Assembly (NCBI RefSeq): GCF_000181795.1
Contig: NW_003526945.1
Span: 822,529 to 844,439, forward strand
Length of the DNA stretch: 21,911 nt
Reading direction: 5' to 3'
Source: Trichinella spiralis
Lineage: Eukaryota
Numbering within the stretch: position 1 is the first letter of the stretch; each line of letters starts with the position of its first letter. The notes under the pieces are model-generated. The model was not told the DNA's origin. It was given only the letters and a program-made list of their open reading frames with translations, and ran no database searches. Made by a program: the position numbers and the translations under genes. Of the stretch, positions 1 through 11,300 are shown one piece after another.

Positions 1-2728
1 TTTTATCATTCAATTTATCTCATCCATCGTTAAAGTATGTTTGGTTTTGGTTGGTTTATTTTGCTTATAAATTGATTTTTAGATCAGAATGGGAGATGTT
101 TGAAAAGTGCATTGATGATTCTCTCAAGAGTCTTGTTCACAATACGGTTAACACTGGTAATTTTGCCTCGCTCATTCAGGTATTCATTCGTCGCGCTTCT
201 GAACTGCGCGAATCCAGTCAGTGCAATGAGTAATTTTTAATTTTTTAAGTTTTTTGATTAAAAAGAAATTAAATAGTCCATTTCAGTAAATTGTTTTTTT
301 GGCAAACCAACAATGCATTGTTTATTATACGTACTTGTTGCAAGTTTTTCTCAAAGAATCTTACCGATGAAGCAGTTTTACGTGTTTTCGTGACAAAAGT
401 GAAAGGTATAAATATGATGATTGTTGTTTGTACAATTTCTTACACTTTGCTTATTCTACACAGAAAGAGAAGACGTTGAATCGAGTGCTGACGTATTATC
501 AGAGAATTGTTTGGAAGAATTTGTTAGTAGTATTATAGCTATTCTGATCGACCTTCCGGTTAAGTAAGTGATTTTCATTTCTGTATTAAAATAAATGATG
601 TATTTGTTGTATTGCAGTTGGATAACGATAAAAGCACTGATGGAAAGTTTGAGTTGTCTGTTAGTGTTGCTTTCCCGCGAGGTGTATGAAGGAAACGTTA
701 TTTCTAGTGTTGTTGCCAAAATGATGCTATTCGGAAAATGGTGCGCACGCTTATCATTTTTTTTTAATTTCTCGTTCTGATGGGTTTTTTTTCCCCAACT
801 AATTCCAGTGCTATTCATGCTCCTCTGTTGACGAAAACGTTGCTTTTGCTTTATTCGAAACACGCAGAAGATGCTTGCCCGTTGGAAAAGACGGAGCAAT
901 TTGGCGGTGGCAGCATATTCGTCGGTTTGGCAAGTGAGTTGGAAAATGGAAATGGAAATTTGCACAAGAGCATGGAATTTTACAATTTTATTTTCGCCTT
1001 TTGTTAGATTCGTTGATGGAACTTTTGCAAATTGACAACAATGACAAAGAGAAACAAGTCAAATCTATCACACTCGGTGATCAAGCTTTGAATGTATTGC
1101 TGTTGCTGGTTAGTCACAGCACTCCGGAAGGCACAATTCACCCGTTTCGTCAGGCGTTGTTTTCTTTTATAAATTCTCAAGGTGAAAAGTTTCCTTTTTC
1201 AATTGTTTTGTTTGTATATTTATGAATTATTACTTTTTCAGAACAATCAATGGTTACACTTCCGACTACATCAGTTGTTTGTTTCAAGATCAATTTTACC
1301 GAACTGTATGATCAGATTTGCTCTAGATCTGGTGACAGGCCGTCGTTGTTGTTATTGTACTTTTTGTTGTACAAGAACGTTGAATTTCGCAATTATGTGC
1401 TTTCGCGTGTTAATTTGCAAAATTTGATTTTGCCCATTTTGAAAGTGCTGCATACGAGCAGTCAGACAGATGTCGATTCAAACCTCGGTTCGCAGCATCT
1501 TTATCTGGCGTTGATTGTCATTGTGATTTTGAGCGAGGATGATTTCTTTTGTAAAATCATTCACGAGACTGTAAATTATTTATTTTTATTTGGAAATATA
1601 TTTTTTATTTATTATGTAATTTTTTTCTTTCCAATTCTAGCCGGCCAAAGGTGCAGAAGGGTGGTTCGCCGAGCGAAGTGTTCGCGATTTAACTCTTGGT
1701 GGATTGGCCGTATTGATACTGGTGAAAATTATTCAAAAGAATTTATTCGTTTATCGAGTATGATTTTCTATTTCAAAATATTAAAATAATTTCATCTGGT
1801 TAACGTTATTGTGAATTTCAATCGTTTTTATTTATTTATTTATTTCAGGATCGTTACTTGCAAACGAATTGCTTGGCCGCCTTGGCTAATATGTCATCAA
1901 ATTTCAAAGAATTGCCTTCTTCAGTTTGTCAAAAATTGATCGAGTACATTTTCTTTTTTTTTACTTCTGTTGTTTTGGCTTTTTTCAAACTAATTTAAAT
2001 ATTTTAGTTTGTTAGATCGACTGTCGAAACGTCATGCGAGATTTGTAAAGCGAAAAGAACTGTCAATGAAATACGTTGTAACAGAAGAAGTGAACAACCA
2101 AGTTGAACTGGTGTGTTTCGTACAATTTGTTGATAGAATTATTTATTTTTATAAATATGATCGATTTTTTACAGTTTCAAGATGTGACTGCTTTGGAAGA
2201 AGTGATGCGAATGTTTTTGGAAATACTTAATTCTGCATTGATACATAATTTGACGCACAATATTCATTTGGTTTATGCAATATTGCACCAGAAAGACTTG
2301 TTCCGCGATTTTGAACAGCATCCGATGTTTCAGGATTTAATTTGGAACATCACTTGCGTATGCGATGCTTTTTGAAAAAAATATTTGATAAATAGACGAT
2401 GATTGATTCCATTTAGGTAATCAACTTTTTTTCTACTCGACTGCGAGAAGTTGGAACTGAAACATCTGTCGAAAGTATACTGGAGGATATTAAAACTGCG
2501 ATGTTTCATTGGAATGCTGAAGGCCTCAAAGTTGTCGAAAATTAGTCTGAAAAAAATTAAATATATGTAATTATTTTTTTTATTTTATAGAAATTTCCAG
2601 ATTTGAAATTCAAATACGTGGAGGATCAGAATACTGAAGAATTTTTTGTGCCATACATTTGGAATATTATATACAATAAAGGCGGCCTTTACTTTGATGA
2701 GGTTAATGTGAAATTATTTGAACCATAA
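1..2728 (+). CDS. DYM: Dymeclin (Dyggve-Melchior-Clausen syndrome protein), 5'-partial, 14 exons visible
   Basis: Exons <1-34, 83-229, 287-405, 464-563, 618-740, 809-933, 1008-1181, 1242-1570, 1641-1757, 1849-1943, 2008-2110, 2175-2357, 2417-2530 and 2591-2728 join in frame via 13 GT-AG introns of 48-91 nt. Dymeclin motifs present: NTGNFASLIQVFIRRASEL, FFWQTNNALFII, LYLALIVIVILSEDDFF, RDRYLQTNCLAALANMS, EEVMRMFLEILNS, KKFPDLKFKYVEDQNTEEFFVPYIW. TAA stop at 2726-2728. The start lies upstream of the window. Confidence 0.96.
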
Positions 2729-4346
2729 TTAGATTGGTCTTTGCTGTTACATATATTATTGATAAATTTTATTTAAAGAAAACACATTGTTTTCTTTTAT
2801 TTTACTGTTCATTTTTTTTCTTTTGGTAGGATCTCTTAATTTTTTGATTCATCATCGAATTCATTTCAGTTTCCCATTGTTATTCAACTATTGCATAATA
2901 CAGAATGAATAAATAAGAGGTTATGGTGATTTTGTTGTTGTTTTTATTTATTCATTTTTCGATTCATGAAAAGCTGGGCTGTAGTTCCGCTTATTTTCAG
3001 ATTTTCTTATTATATTTTGGTTAAATTCTTTTTTACTAATGAAAATATGGTTTATTTGAATCAGGAAACCCTGATATTGGTATATCAGTTGTGGCGTCTA
3101 CAGACGTGGTCATCAGAGCTGGATGATGAAATATCGAATGTTTGGAATTAATTGGTGAGTATAATTAGTTTTTTCTTATTCACCAGTTTTTTATGATGTT
3201 TATTCAGATGCGGTTATCTGTCACCAAACATGGTTACCATCGCTGTGGAAAACGTTCAACGGAAGAGTTCCATTGTTTGTCGCTCTGAATGGAAACAGCA
3301 CGGCTGATGTGAAAAGCATTTTCTGACAATATTAGCGGAATCTCAAGCTGGTGCAAATGCAGAACTTTATTCGAACTTCAGAAATGTCTACTATCTTATA
3401 CAAATGGATCGTCGTGCAAAATTATGCCATACATGTTTATTTAGAAAGGCAATTTTCAATAAATGGTGCAAGGACAGAGACATCTCTTGCTGAGAATATT
3501 CTTTACACTTGGAATCACTTTTTTGCTTGTATTTGTGCATTTCTGATTTAAAGTAGAACAATCTTAAGCGAATATTTGTTTTGTATCCTTCACACTGTTA
3601 GTAGTGAGTGAATTAATGGAAACATTAATGATTTTTTTTTTCAGGTAACATTATACTTGCTCTCTGCCATACTCTTCCAATCGAGTAGTGTTTGAAATTC
3701 AAATGTTCATATCAGACTGTAAAAATTTATTGTTTATCAATTTTTGGCGAACACAGGTGGTTTTTAAACCATCATTATGCTTTCGAAATGATTTATTGAT
3801 ATAGGTGAAGAATTGGCATTGAAATTCATTGGAGAAATATGCACAAAATAGTTTTTTTTACATTATTTGCAAATGCATCATTTTTTGCTTTGAAATCAGG
3901 AAAATGGAAATGGTTTTGATCAAAAAAGAATAAAAAATATATTAAATTAATAAAATATAAAAAGTAAAAGGTAATTTTTTTAGGATAAGTGATGAAATGA
4001 AATGATCAAAAATAGTTAGATCAGTGGCATAAAAAAAGTAGACTGATGAACTTCTGTATTGTTTACACAGTCAATAATTTTTCAGAAAAATATTTTTTAA
4101 TTAAATAAAACATATGTATGCTGTTGTTCTTATTTTATGATAGGCGAGAGTTTTGTACCAAGAGTGGTTACCAAGCATCATCTTGATTATTTCTAAAAGG
4201 TACTGTGTGTACAGAAAGATCGTGAAGTTTGTTTTGTACAGTGTTGACTTGTTGTGTTGGACTGTATACATTGTTGAATGCAGTGCTGTTCATTTATTTT
4301 TGAAATTTAATTTATGATTCATGTTTTAGAAGATACAACTGTTGCC

Positions 4347-4685
4347 ATGCCCAGTGAAGATAAGCCAGATTTGAAGGGTGGACATCCTCCTGCTGGTTTG
4401 CATAAATTTTATTACATTAAAAAACTTTTTTTGCCAGGTAAACTTGCTTATATTCATATTTTAAGTAAAAGTTGCTGGTGGTGTGCGAATAACTCAGCGT
4501 CGCCCGTCGCAGAGTGAACCTGACACACGTTCTTCTGAAGAATCAGAAGCAAGGTAAGATGATTATCATTTATCGAATGGGCCTTTTAACTGATGAAGTC
4601 ATTCTAAGACATCCAAACAATGCAATTCGTATGACAATTTCTGGAGCTCCGATTCGTGTACGTTGAATCATTATGTTTGAGTTTG

Positions 4686-4756
<71 letters not shown>

Positions 4757-4879
4757 ATATTATAGGGAGACAAAGACTTTCCAACAGCTGCAGTGAAAGC
4801 TATCCACAGCAAACCTCTTCCACTGCATCAGCAGTCTCATGTAGCTAATACGCATCATATACAACAACCCAAAAAATGA
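4347..4879 (+). CDS. DAP1: Death-associated protein 1 (99 aa, 4 coding exons)
   Basis: Exons 4347-4395, 4466-4553, 4609-4657 and 4766-4879 give MPSEDKPDLKGGHPPAVKVAGGVRITQRR...ISGAPIRGDKDFPTAAVKAIHSKP...HIQQPKK*. This carries the DAP1 hallmarks GHPPAVK, GDKDFP and C-terminal IQQPxK. Confidence 0.93.
4688..4745. repeat. (AT)n microsatellite, about 29 units, in the last DAP1 intron
   Basis: Perfect AT dinucleotide run read directly. Confidence 0.97.
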
Positions 4880-6249
4880 AGAATTGCGCTGCAGAAAATA
4901 ATGTTAACTTTCAGGATATTTTTTCTGGGGTTGCGTTTGCAGCAATGAAGCATAATATTATTTAAATTTTTTATTAATCAAGTTTTAACATTTTTAATGG
5001 TATGGTTTTATTTGGAAATGTTATTCATTTTCCAGGTGAATGAGTAGTAGAAATTTTTTACTGATAATGCGGAAAGCATTCTTCATCTTTTGCTTAACTG
5101 TTTTCAATTAAATGAATAAATTGATTTTTTTGTTTTTAAAAGGAAGAAGCAGTTTTATGCGAATATTTGTTTTGAATTTTACACTGACGCGAGCGATGAG
5201 TGAATTACTGAAAACTTTAAGAAAAAAGAAAAATTCAGCGTCAATTTTGATTTTTGCACTTTGTCGAGATTTTTCATCTTCTTTTGCTTCATACTTTTAT
5301 TGTCCAAATGAACGAACTTTGAAATTGCGATGTTCAGTTCAGTTCACTTCATCATTTAGCTAATTTCTTGAATTAATGAACTCTTTTTTTTCTGCAAACA
5401 AAAATTAGAATTTCCATAAGCAGTTGTTGGAAAATAAAATTTAAATTGAAATGAATCAATTGAACTAGCATTTCAACAGCGACGATGGCATCGACAATTA
5501 CGTTACGTATCATGCGTTATCTTGCTACGCAGCAAACATTTATTTTCTGCCAACATTACATATCTGATCATACTGGTTTCAAACTGTTACGTGCAAGATT
5601 GGAGCGTTGATAAAGAAGCTTTATCATTTAAATTGATTTTGATTTTATTTTATGTTGTTTATTTTTATTCCGAAATGATGATGATAAACAAGGCGAACTG
5701 TTCCAAAAATATAGCACTTGTCTTGCACAAATTGTGTCAAATTTGAAGAATAAAATGAAACATAAATGTTCCAATCAAATATGAATCGTTCATTCGCTTA
5801 CAAAATTTCATTCGGAAGAATAAAAGTCAATTGAATAATACGTTCGCGAATTAATCAGTTTCGAACATTCATTACGAACCTGCATTTCCAAATGAATTAA
5901 GTTGCCAATCATGAAATTGACAACTTTCACTTGAATAATTATTTATATTTTGTTTTAATTTTACGTTTACCGTAAAACAACAGCAATTCATGTCTCGCTG
6001 AAGTGCAGCAATCCATTTACAAAGCAATCTATAGAAGTAATAAATTTCAAAAAAATAAAATTTAATTGCACTATTAAAATTTATTTAATTAAATTTTATT
6101 TTATTTCAGCAATAATTATATATGATACATGATTTTATTCGGACAAATCTAGAAATACAGTATACAATTGTTCTTAATTATAGCAAATTACAGTAGGACT
6201 AATTTCTTGGTTTGATTTTTAACGCGTTGGTCGGAGTAAAAGGTTGGCG

Positions 6250-8154
6250 ATGTCGAGCAGTCGTAGATCGTACAAAGATACCAGAAGGTGGATTTTGGAT
6301 AGAGCTCGCATGGAAGAGGACGCAAATGAAATATCCAGTTGGTTGTTGACCGCTTCGGTGAGGCATCCTCGTTCTTTCGAGCGATTGCTGGGCTCGTACC
6401 GTCTGTTGTGCGAGAGGAAGAGTGTTGTGAACGCGGCGGACGATCTCGGGAAATTGTACCTGCTTTACAGTCATGACAGTCGTGTGTGGACAGAAGTTAC
6501 TAAAGTAGTTCGGTCGCTGCAGTCATTGGAGAAGAAAGACGTGCGATCGGTTTTCTATCGAGCTGTATTCGAATCAATGAATGCCGAAGTGCAGCCGGTT
6601 ATGTATCTTGACTATGTGGAACGTTGTTCCAGTAGAAAAGAACGCTCGGATGCGTTGATGATTTTTCTGCGTTTCATGGAAGCTCGTAAGTTGAAAATCA
6701 GTGTTCATTGGCAGAGTTTATTAGGATCGTACATAAAGCAGTGTTTCAAAGACTGCAATGCCGGTGTCACATTGGAATACTTGCCAACGTTGCTGATCTT
6801 CACTAAAGTTTTGCCAATTTTAACAAAATCCAGAGTTGTGCTTGTGCCGGAAAATGACGCAGTGTCAATTTTCCAATACGCTGCGTATTATTTCATTGAC
6901 GATCTGCAAAAGAAGATTCCACGTTTGAGTTTACCTTTGAATATTGACGTGAGCGAAAATGAAGTTTCACTGTCGTTACAATCTTTGCGCAGCTGCTATC
7001 AACTGTTGGCTCTACGCTACCGATGGTCGTCGAAGTATTTCACAGTGCGCTTGAGTGGTTCACTTGAACAATCATCCTGGACCCCTCCTTCGATCAGGGT
7101 TAAATCGGCTGCCGAAAAACGTTGTTATGCAATGATGTCATTTGTTTACTGGATGTTCATTGCGGCGGGCAGCTGCGAACCGTCCCGCACTGCAGCGTTT
7201 TTCGTTCTCGTGCCGCCCGTGATGGTCGACGTGGACTTCACTGCATCGCCGGTCGTGTGGTTCACGTTTAGCGCACTGTCGACGGTAAATTGCAACAAAA
7301 AATTGGAACTCCTTCAAATGATTCAGATGCATTCAATTTTGCAACTGGCCCACGCACTGATGACGCTCTACGACACCGACGGAGGTTCCAAAGCGGTCGA
7401 GTCGGCGGTGCAGTTTATTCGAAATCATACGTTGAGAAATATCTTCGTGAGCGGCTTGATGTTCGCCGGCAAGGGGCATTCTTATTTGACCATGGTGTCC
7501 AGTGGCATCGATTTCGACAAATCGGACCGTTGGACCACGCCCGAACTGTTCAGGGCAGTGCAGATTGCTTGCCACCATTTCGCGCTGTCCATGTTCAAAG
7601 AAGCGGGCAATTTTCTACTCCACTGTTTGACCAGTCGTTCGATGCGCAATTTGCAGGCGAAGCCGTTTGGCACTTTCGATTTCCGTTGGTCAGCGATACC
7701 ACTGTCCGAAAAGAACGTGTTCTCGTATGCGGTTCGCATGTTGATCTATTGTTTGATCAATGTTTCCGTGCACCGCTGCGACGACAACAAAATCGACATG
7801 TATGACAGTTTGGTTGGCCACATGTTGGTCATGATGCAGCTCGAATGGACGGTGTGGTCGATGTTCGCCAGACAGCTGATGAAGGGACTTGTGAAGAGGA
7901 AAAGGTTCCACTTTCCGAAATTTCACCGCTACGTCTATTGTCCAATGTTGATTGAAATGCTCTGCGATAGCGTGCTGAATTGCGAAGATGCGGACGTTTT
8001 GCTGTTCGAAAAGCGCGATGAAAGCAAACGACAAAAGCAGGACACGAAAACTGAACTGTACAAAAATATTCAATCCACCACTATGAAACTGTCGGATGTT
8101 GTGAAGGATTTCTTTTACAAAGAAAATGTGTTTTTGTTTTCTTATTTCCAATAA
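6250..8154 (+). CDS. INTS10: Integrator complex subunit 10, single coding exon (~634 aa)
   Basis: Uninterrupted ORF with first ATG at 6250. The N-terminus WILDRAR...SWLLTASVRHPRSF...VWTEVTKVVRSL...FYRAVFESMNAEVQ resembles INTS10 FLVQRAR...AWLITARSLYP...VWREI...FLRSLFETLPGRVQ. The C-terminal DSLVGHMLVMMQLEW...FHFPKFHRYV resembles DMALGHVIVLLQQEW...FQYENFFNYV. Confidence 0.85.
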   Translation: MSSSRRSYKDTRRWILDRARMEEDANEISSWLLTASVRHPRSFERLLGSYRLLCERKSVVNAADDLGKLYLLYSHDSRVWTEVTKVVRSLQSLEKKDVRSVFYRAVFESMNAEVQPVMYLDYVERCSSRKERSDALMIFLRFMEARKLKISVHWQSLLGSYIKQCFKDCNAGVTLEYLPTLLIFTKVLPILTKSRVVLVPENDAVSIFQYAAYYFIDDLQKKIPRLSLPLNIDVSENEVSLSLQSLRSCYQLLALRYRWSSKYFTVRLSGSLEQSSWTPPSIRVKSAAEKRCYAMMSFVYWMFIAAGSCEPSRTAAFFVLVPPVMVDVDFTASPVVWFTFSALSTVNCNKKLELLQMIQMHSILQLAHALMTLYDTDGGSKAVESAVQFIRNHTLRNIFVSGLMFAGKGHSYLTMVSSGIDFDKSDRWTTPELFRAVQIACHHFALSMFKEAGNFLLHCLTSRSMRNLQAKPFGTFDFRWSAIPLSEKNVFSYAVRMLIYCLINVSVHRCDDNKIDMYDSLVGHMLVMMQLEWTVWSMFARQLMKGLVKRKRFHFPKFHRYVYCPMLIEMLCDSVLNCEDADVLLFEKRDESKRQKQDTKTELYKNIQSTTMKLSDVVKDFFYKENVFLFSYFQ

Positions 8155-8172
8155 TAATAATAATAATAATAA
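8152..8172 (+). repeat. (TAA)7 microsatellite beginning at the INTS10 stop codon
   Basis: caa TAA TAA TAA TAA TAA TAA TAA read directly. Confidence 0.95.
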
Positions 8173-8393
8173 TATAATGTAACGTATTGTATTGTATTGT
8201 TCGCTTGTTCTTTCTGCAAGTCTTTTTACATCGGTTGAATGGAATCGGCGGTGATGCGATCGATACACAATGGTGAGAAAGATATTTTAATTATATCATA
8301 ATAAATGACAAAAGAATAAATAGATATTATAGATGTGTATAAGTGATTGTAATATTTTGTTTTTTTCTTTTAATCGGATCAAACATCGATCGA

Positions 8394-11300
8394 TCATTGA
8401 GGTTGAGATAGAAGAGTGTCACTGTATCGTTCCAGTTCTCCAATCAACGTTTCCAACAAGTTCAAATTGCCGGTTCGCTCCAAAATCACGTACAAATTGT
8501 CCAATTCCAAAATCGGCAAAATCGGCTGCAATTCTTGGGCACGGTCGCGCAGCAATTTCGACGCACACTGGACCGCCGCCTCCAATTCTCCATATTCGAG
8601 GAACAATACCATCGCGCCGACCGGCTCGGTCTCTTTGTACTGGTCGACAAGCCACGCCGGCACCGGACGTTTGCGGTTCAACAACGACTTACAGGCGGCG
8701 TTGTACAGTTCGGGTTTGTGATCGTGACGGTCGACCAACTGTTTCAGCCGATCCCAGGCGCCGTACAAAGCGACAACCGAAGCGACCTTTTCCATCGGCA
8801 GTTCGTAGGCTTTGCACAGCTTTTCGGCCAGATCCAAGTGGCCCTTTTGCAACAGTTGGTCGAACGTGCGATCCGGATTCGTCGGTTTGCAGTGCAGATT
8901 GTCGTTGGCCACTTGAAGAGCGCATTCGACCAGCAACGCTTCGGCTCTGAGCTGTCGCAACGTGATCGACTGCTTGTCAAAGTACAAATAGCGGAACTGA
9001 GGTCGTGCGAAATTCAACGCCGTCGCGGCCAAATACAACGCGGCCGACTGGGCATCCAACGTCGTCGCCGCCGGGTCCGCTTCCAAACGTTTCGCCTTCT
9101 CGTACATGCAGTGAGCCGCGGTGCGGTATTTCATCTTGAAAGTCAAATGGCCGAACAGCATGTCGTAATAAGTGTCGTCGGTCGGCTTGTTGGCCCGGGC
9201 CATTTTTTCCAACAGGCCGACGAACGTCTGTTCGGCCGGACCGAAATTGCAATTGCACAATTCGGAACCGAGACCTCGGTCGACCACTCTGCGCACCAGG
9301 TTGGTCAGCGAATCTTCGAGCGTCGGCTGGTGTTGTATTTTCACCGCCGCCTCGACCGCTTCGGCGTACCGATCCGAAGCGCAGTAGAGTCGGCATAGCA
9401 TGTGCCACAGGGTCGGCGAGTCGGTCTCCAACAGCCGCAAATGGTCCAAGCAGAGTTGGATCGCCTGTTCGCCGAAGCCGGCTTTGTCGAACAAAGCGGC
9501 CGTATTTGTAAAAAACGACTCCTTGTCGAAACCCAGCCGACCCTGGACGCTGTGGAAATTGTCGGCCAGACCGATGAACGCGGTCAGAAATTTCTCGTAC
9601 GCTTGTTGCGGTTCTTTGGCGCGCAAACAAGCCACAGCTTCGTAATAAATTCTCAACGCTTTCACCGCTGCCGTCGATGTCGGCATGCGATTCGCACGTT
9701 CCACCAGACGTCGCACGTCGGCGTACATGCGATTTTCCAACAAATAATCCACCAACTGCAAACATCCACCACCACCGCTGGGCCAGAACATTTTCAACAG
9801 ATGCACGTACAAGTCGACGACGAACTTGCCGAAATGGTGGAAATCGACGTCGCCGGTTTTGATTTTCAAATTACCCGCCCGACCGGGGCCGGTGAATTTT
9901 CTGAGGAAATCGGCCACCAACAGCCAGTCGGAACGGCACCGTTCGCCCACGGTCATCGAGCCGATCTGTTTCAACAAAACGTAACACTGGCACAACAAGC
10001 TCAACTTGGGCACCAGTTCCGAATGGATGGTCGTCCAATTGGACGACGGCAGCTTGCTTTCGGGCCGAAAATAGCACCACGACGCCATCAAGAACAACGC
10101 TTGCCGACACAACAACGCCCCGTCGCCTACCGTCGAAGCGAAATAGGCGGCCGTCACGCTGGCGCCGTACGAACTCAACTGGAAGCTGGTCAACTTGGAC
10201 GGCGTGCCGTTGGGCGACACGGTCGGGTCGAGGTGTCCGGCCAACACTTGCAACGCTTCGAACAACGCCACCTCGTCCATCAGCATCGTCCGGTGGAAAT
10301 TTTGCCACAGCCCGTTGGCGCCGGCATCTTGGACGACGCGACTCAGCTCGTCGTTGACCAACTGCCAAGGGGTAGTTTTGGCCGCTTCGACAGCCGCGAA
10401 AAATTGCTCGTCACCGGCACCGACCAGTCGACCGATCAGCGAGAAGCAGTCGGCAGCCGGACGGTGGTCGTCGTACTTGAACTGTGGTACAAAGCCGAGC
10501 ACCAGTGGGGCGGTGTCGCGTTGGAACAGCAGTCGGTCGGTGGTGACCACGGCCAGCATGCGGCAGTTGCGCAAGTAGACCAAACCGATCGGTTTCATCG
10601 CCGCGTTGTGATACTGGACGCAACTGGTCCATACCGTCCGCAGTGTCGACTCCAACGTGGGGCTTTCTTTCCACTTGCCCGCACCGAGCCGGACCGCGAC
10701 GCCGTTGTCTTCCAAATAGTCGAACAGCTTCGAGCGCAAAGATGCGAAATCACCCGGAGGCGTGTACGCGTCACCGCAGCTGATTTTCAACGCCCGCTCC
10801 ACCGACCGGTAAGCGAGCAGGGGATTGTGGAAAATTTTCCCCATCAACTGGCTCGCCGACACTGCCCCAGTCGACAAATACACGTCGCCGTCTTCGCAGT
10901 CCACCCACGGCCCGTGTTCGTACTCTTGCAAGCAGACCTCTTTCCACTTCAACACCAGGCGCTGCTTTTGCAAGTAGAGGGCGACGAATCGAAAATCGTT
11001 CACGCAAAAGTCGACCACTTCCAGATCGAAGCCGGGAAAATCGATACACCGGACCAGTCGGGCTTGGTGGGTCGTGATCGACGGAACGAAGACGAAAAAT
11101 CTGTCCACGCCCTTGATGGACAAGTAGAAAACGACAACCCAAGTCCGTTCGATTTCGGTGCACTTGAGACGCCATTTGCACACGCACTGCCAGTCGGGCT
11201 CATCGTCGACCGAAAACTGTCTCAAACACTGCCGCATGTCGAAACTGTGAATGACGCTCTTCCGACCGCAAGACCACAGTCGCAACTGGCAGTCGTAGGA

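Noticed and set aside
3989..4052. C/D box snoRNA-like pattern (GTGATGA...CTGA)
   Set aside because: Poor terminal stem, A-rich interior and no guide complementary to rRNA/snRNA that I can recognise. A snoscan/Infernal run would be needed.
4178..4305. SL RNA-like or H/ACA-like arrangement (TCTAAAAG|GT, two hairpins, ATTTTTG)
   Set aside because: The Sm-like site is about 100 nt from the donor, the hairpins are short and imperfect, and the segment is adequately explained as a 5'UTR intron of DAP1.
4570..4812. Minus-strand ORF with a YIYIYI run
   Set aside because: Translation of the (AT)n microsatellite antisense to DAP1.
6199..8268. Alternative-frame and antisense ORFs over INTS10
   Set aside because: Shadow ORFs of a moderately GC-rich CDS with no independent coding signal.
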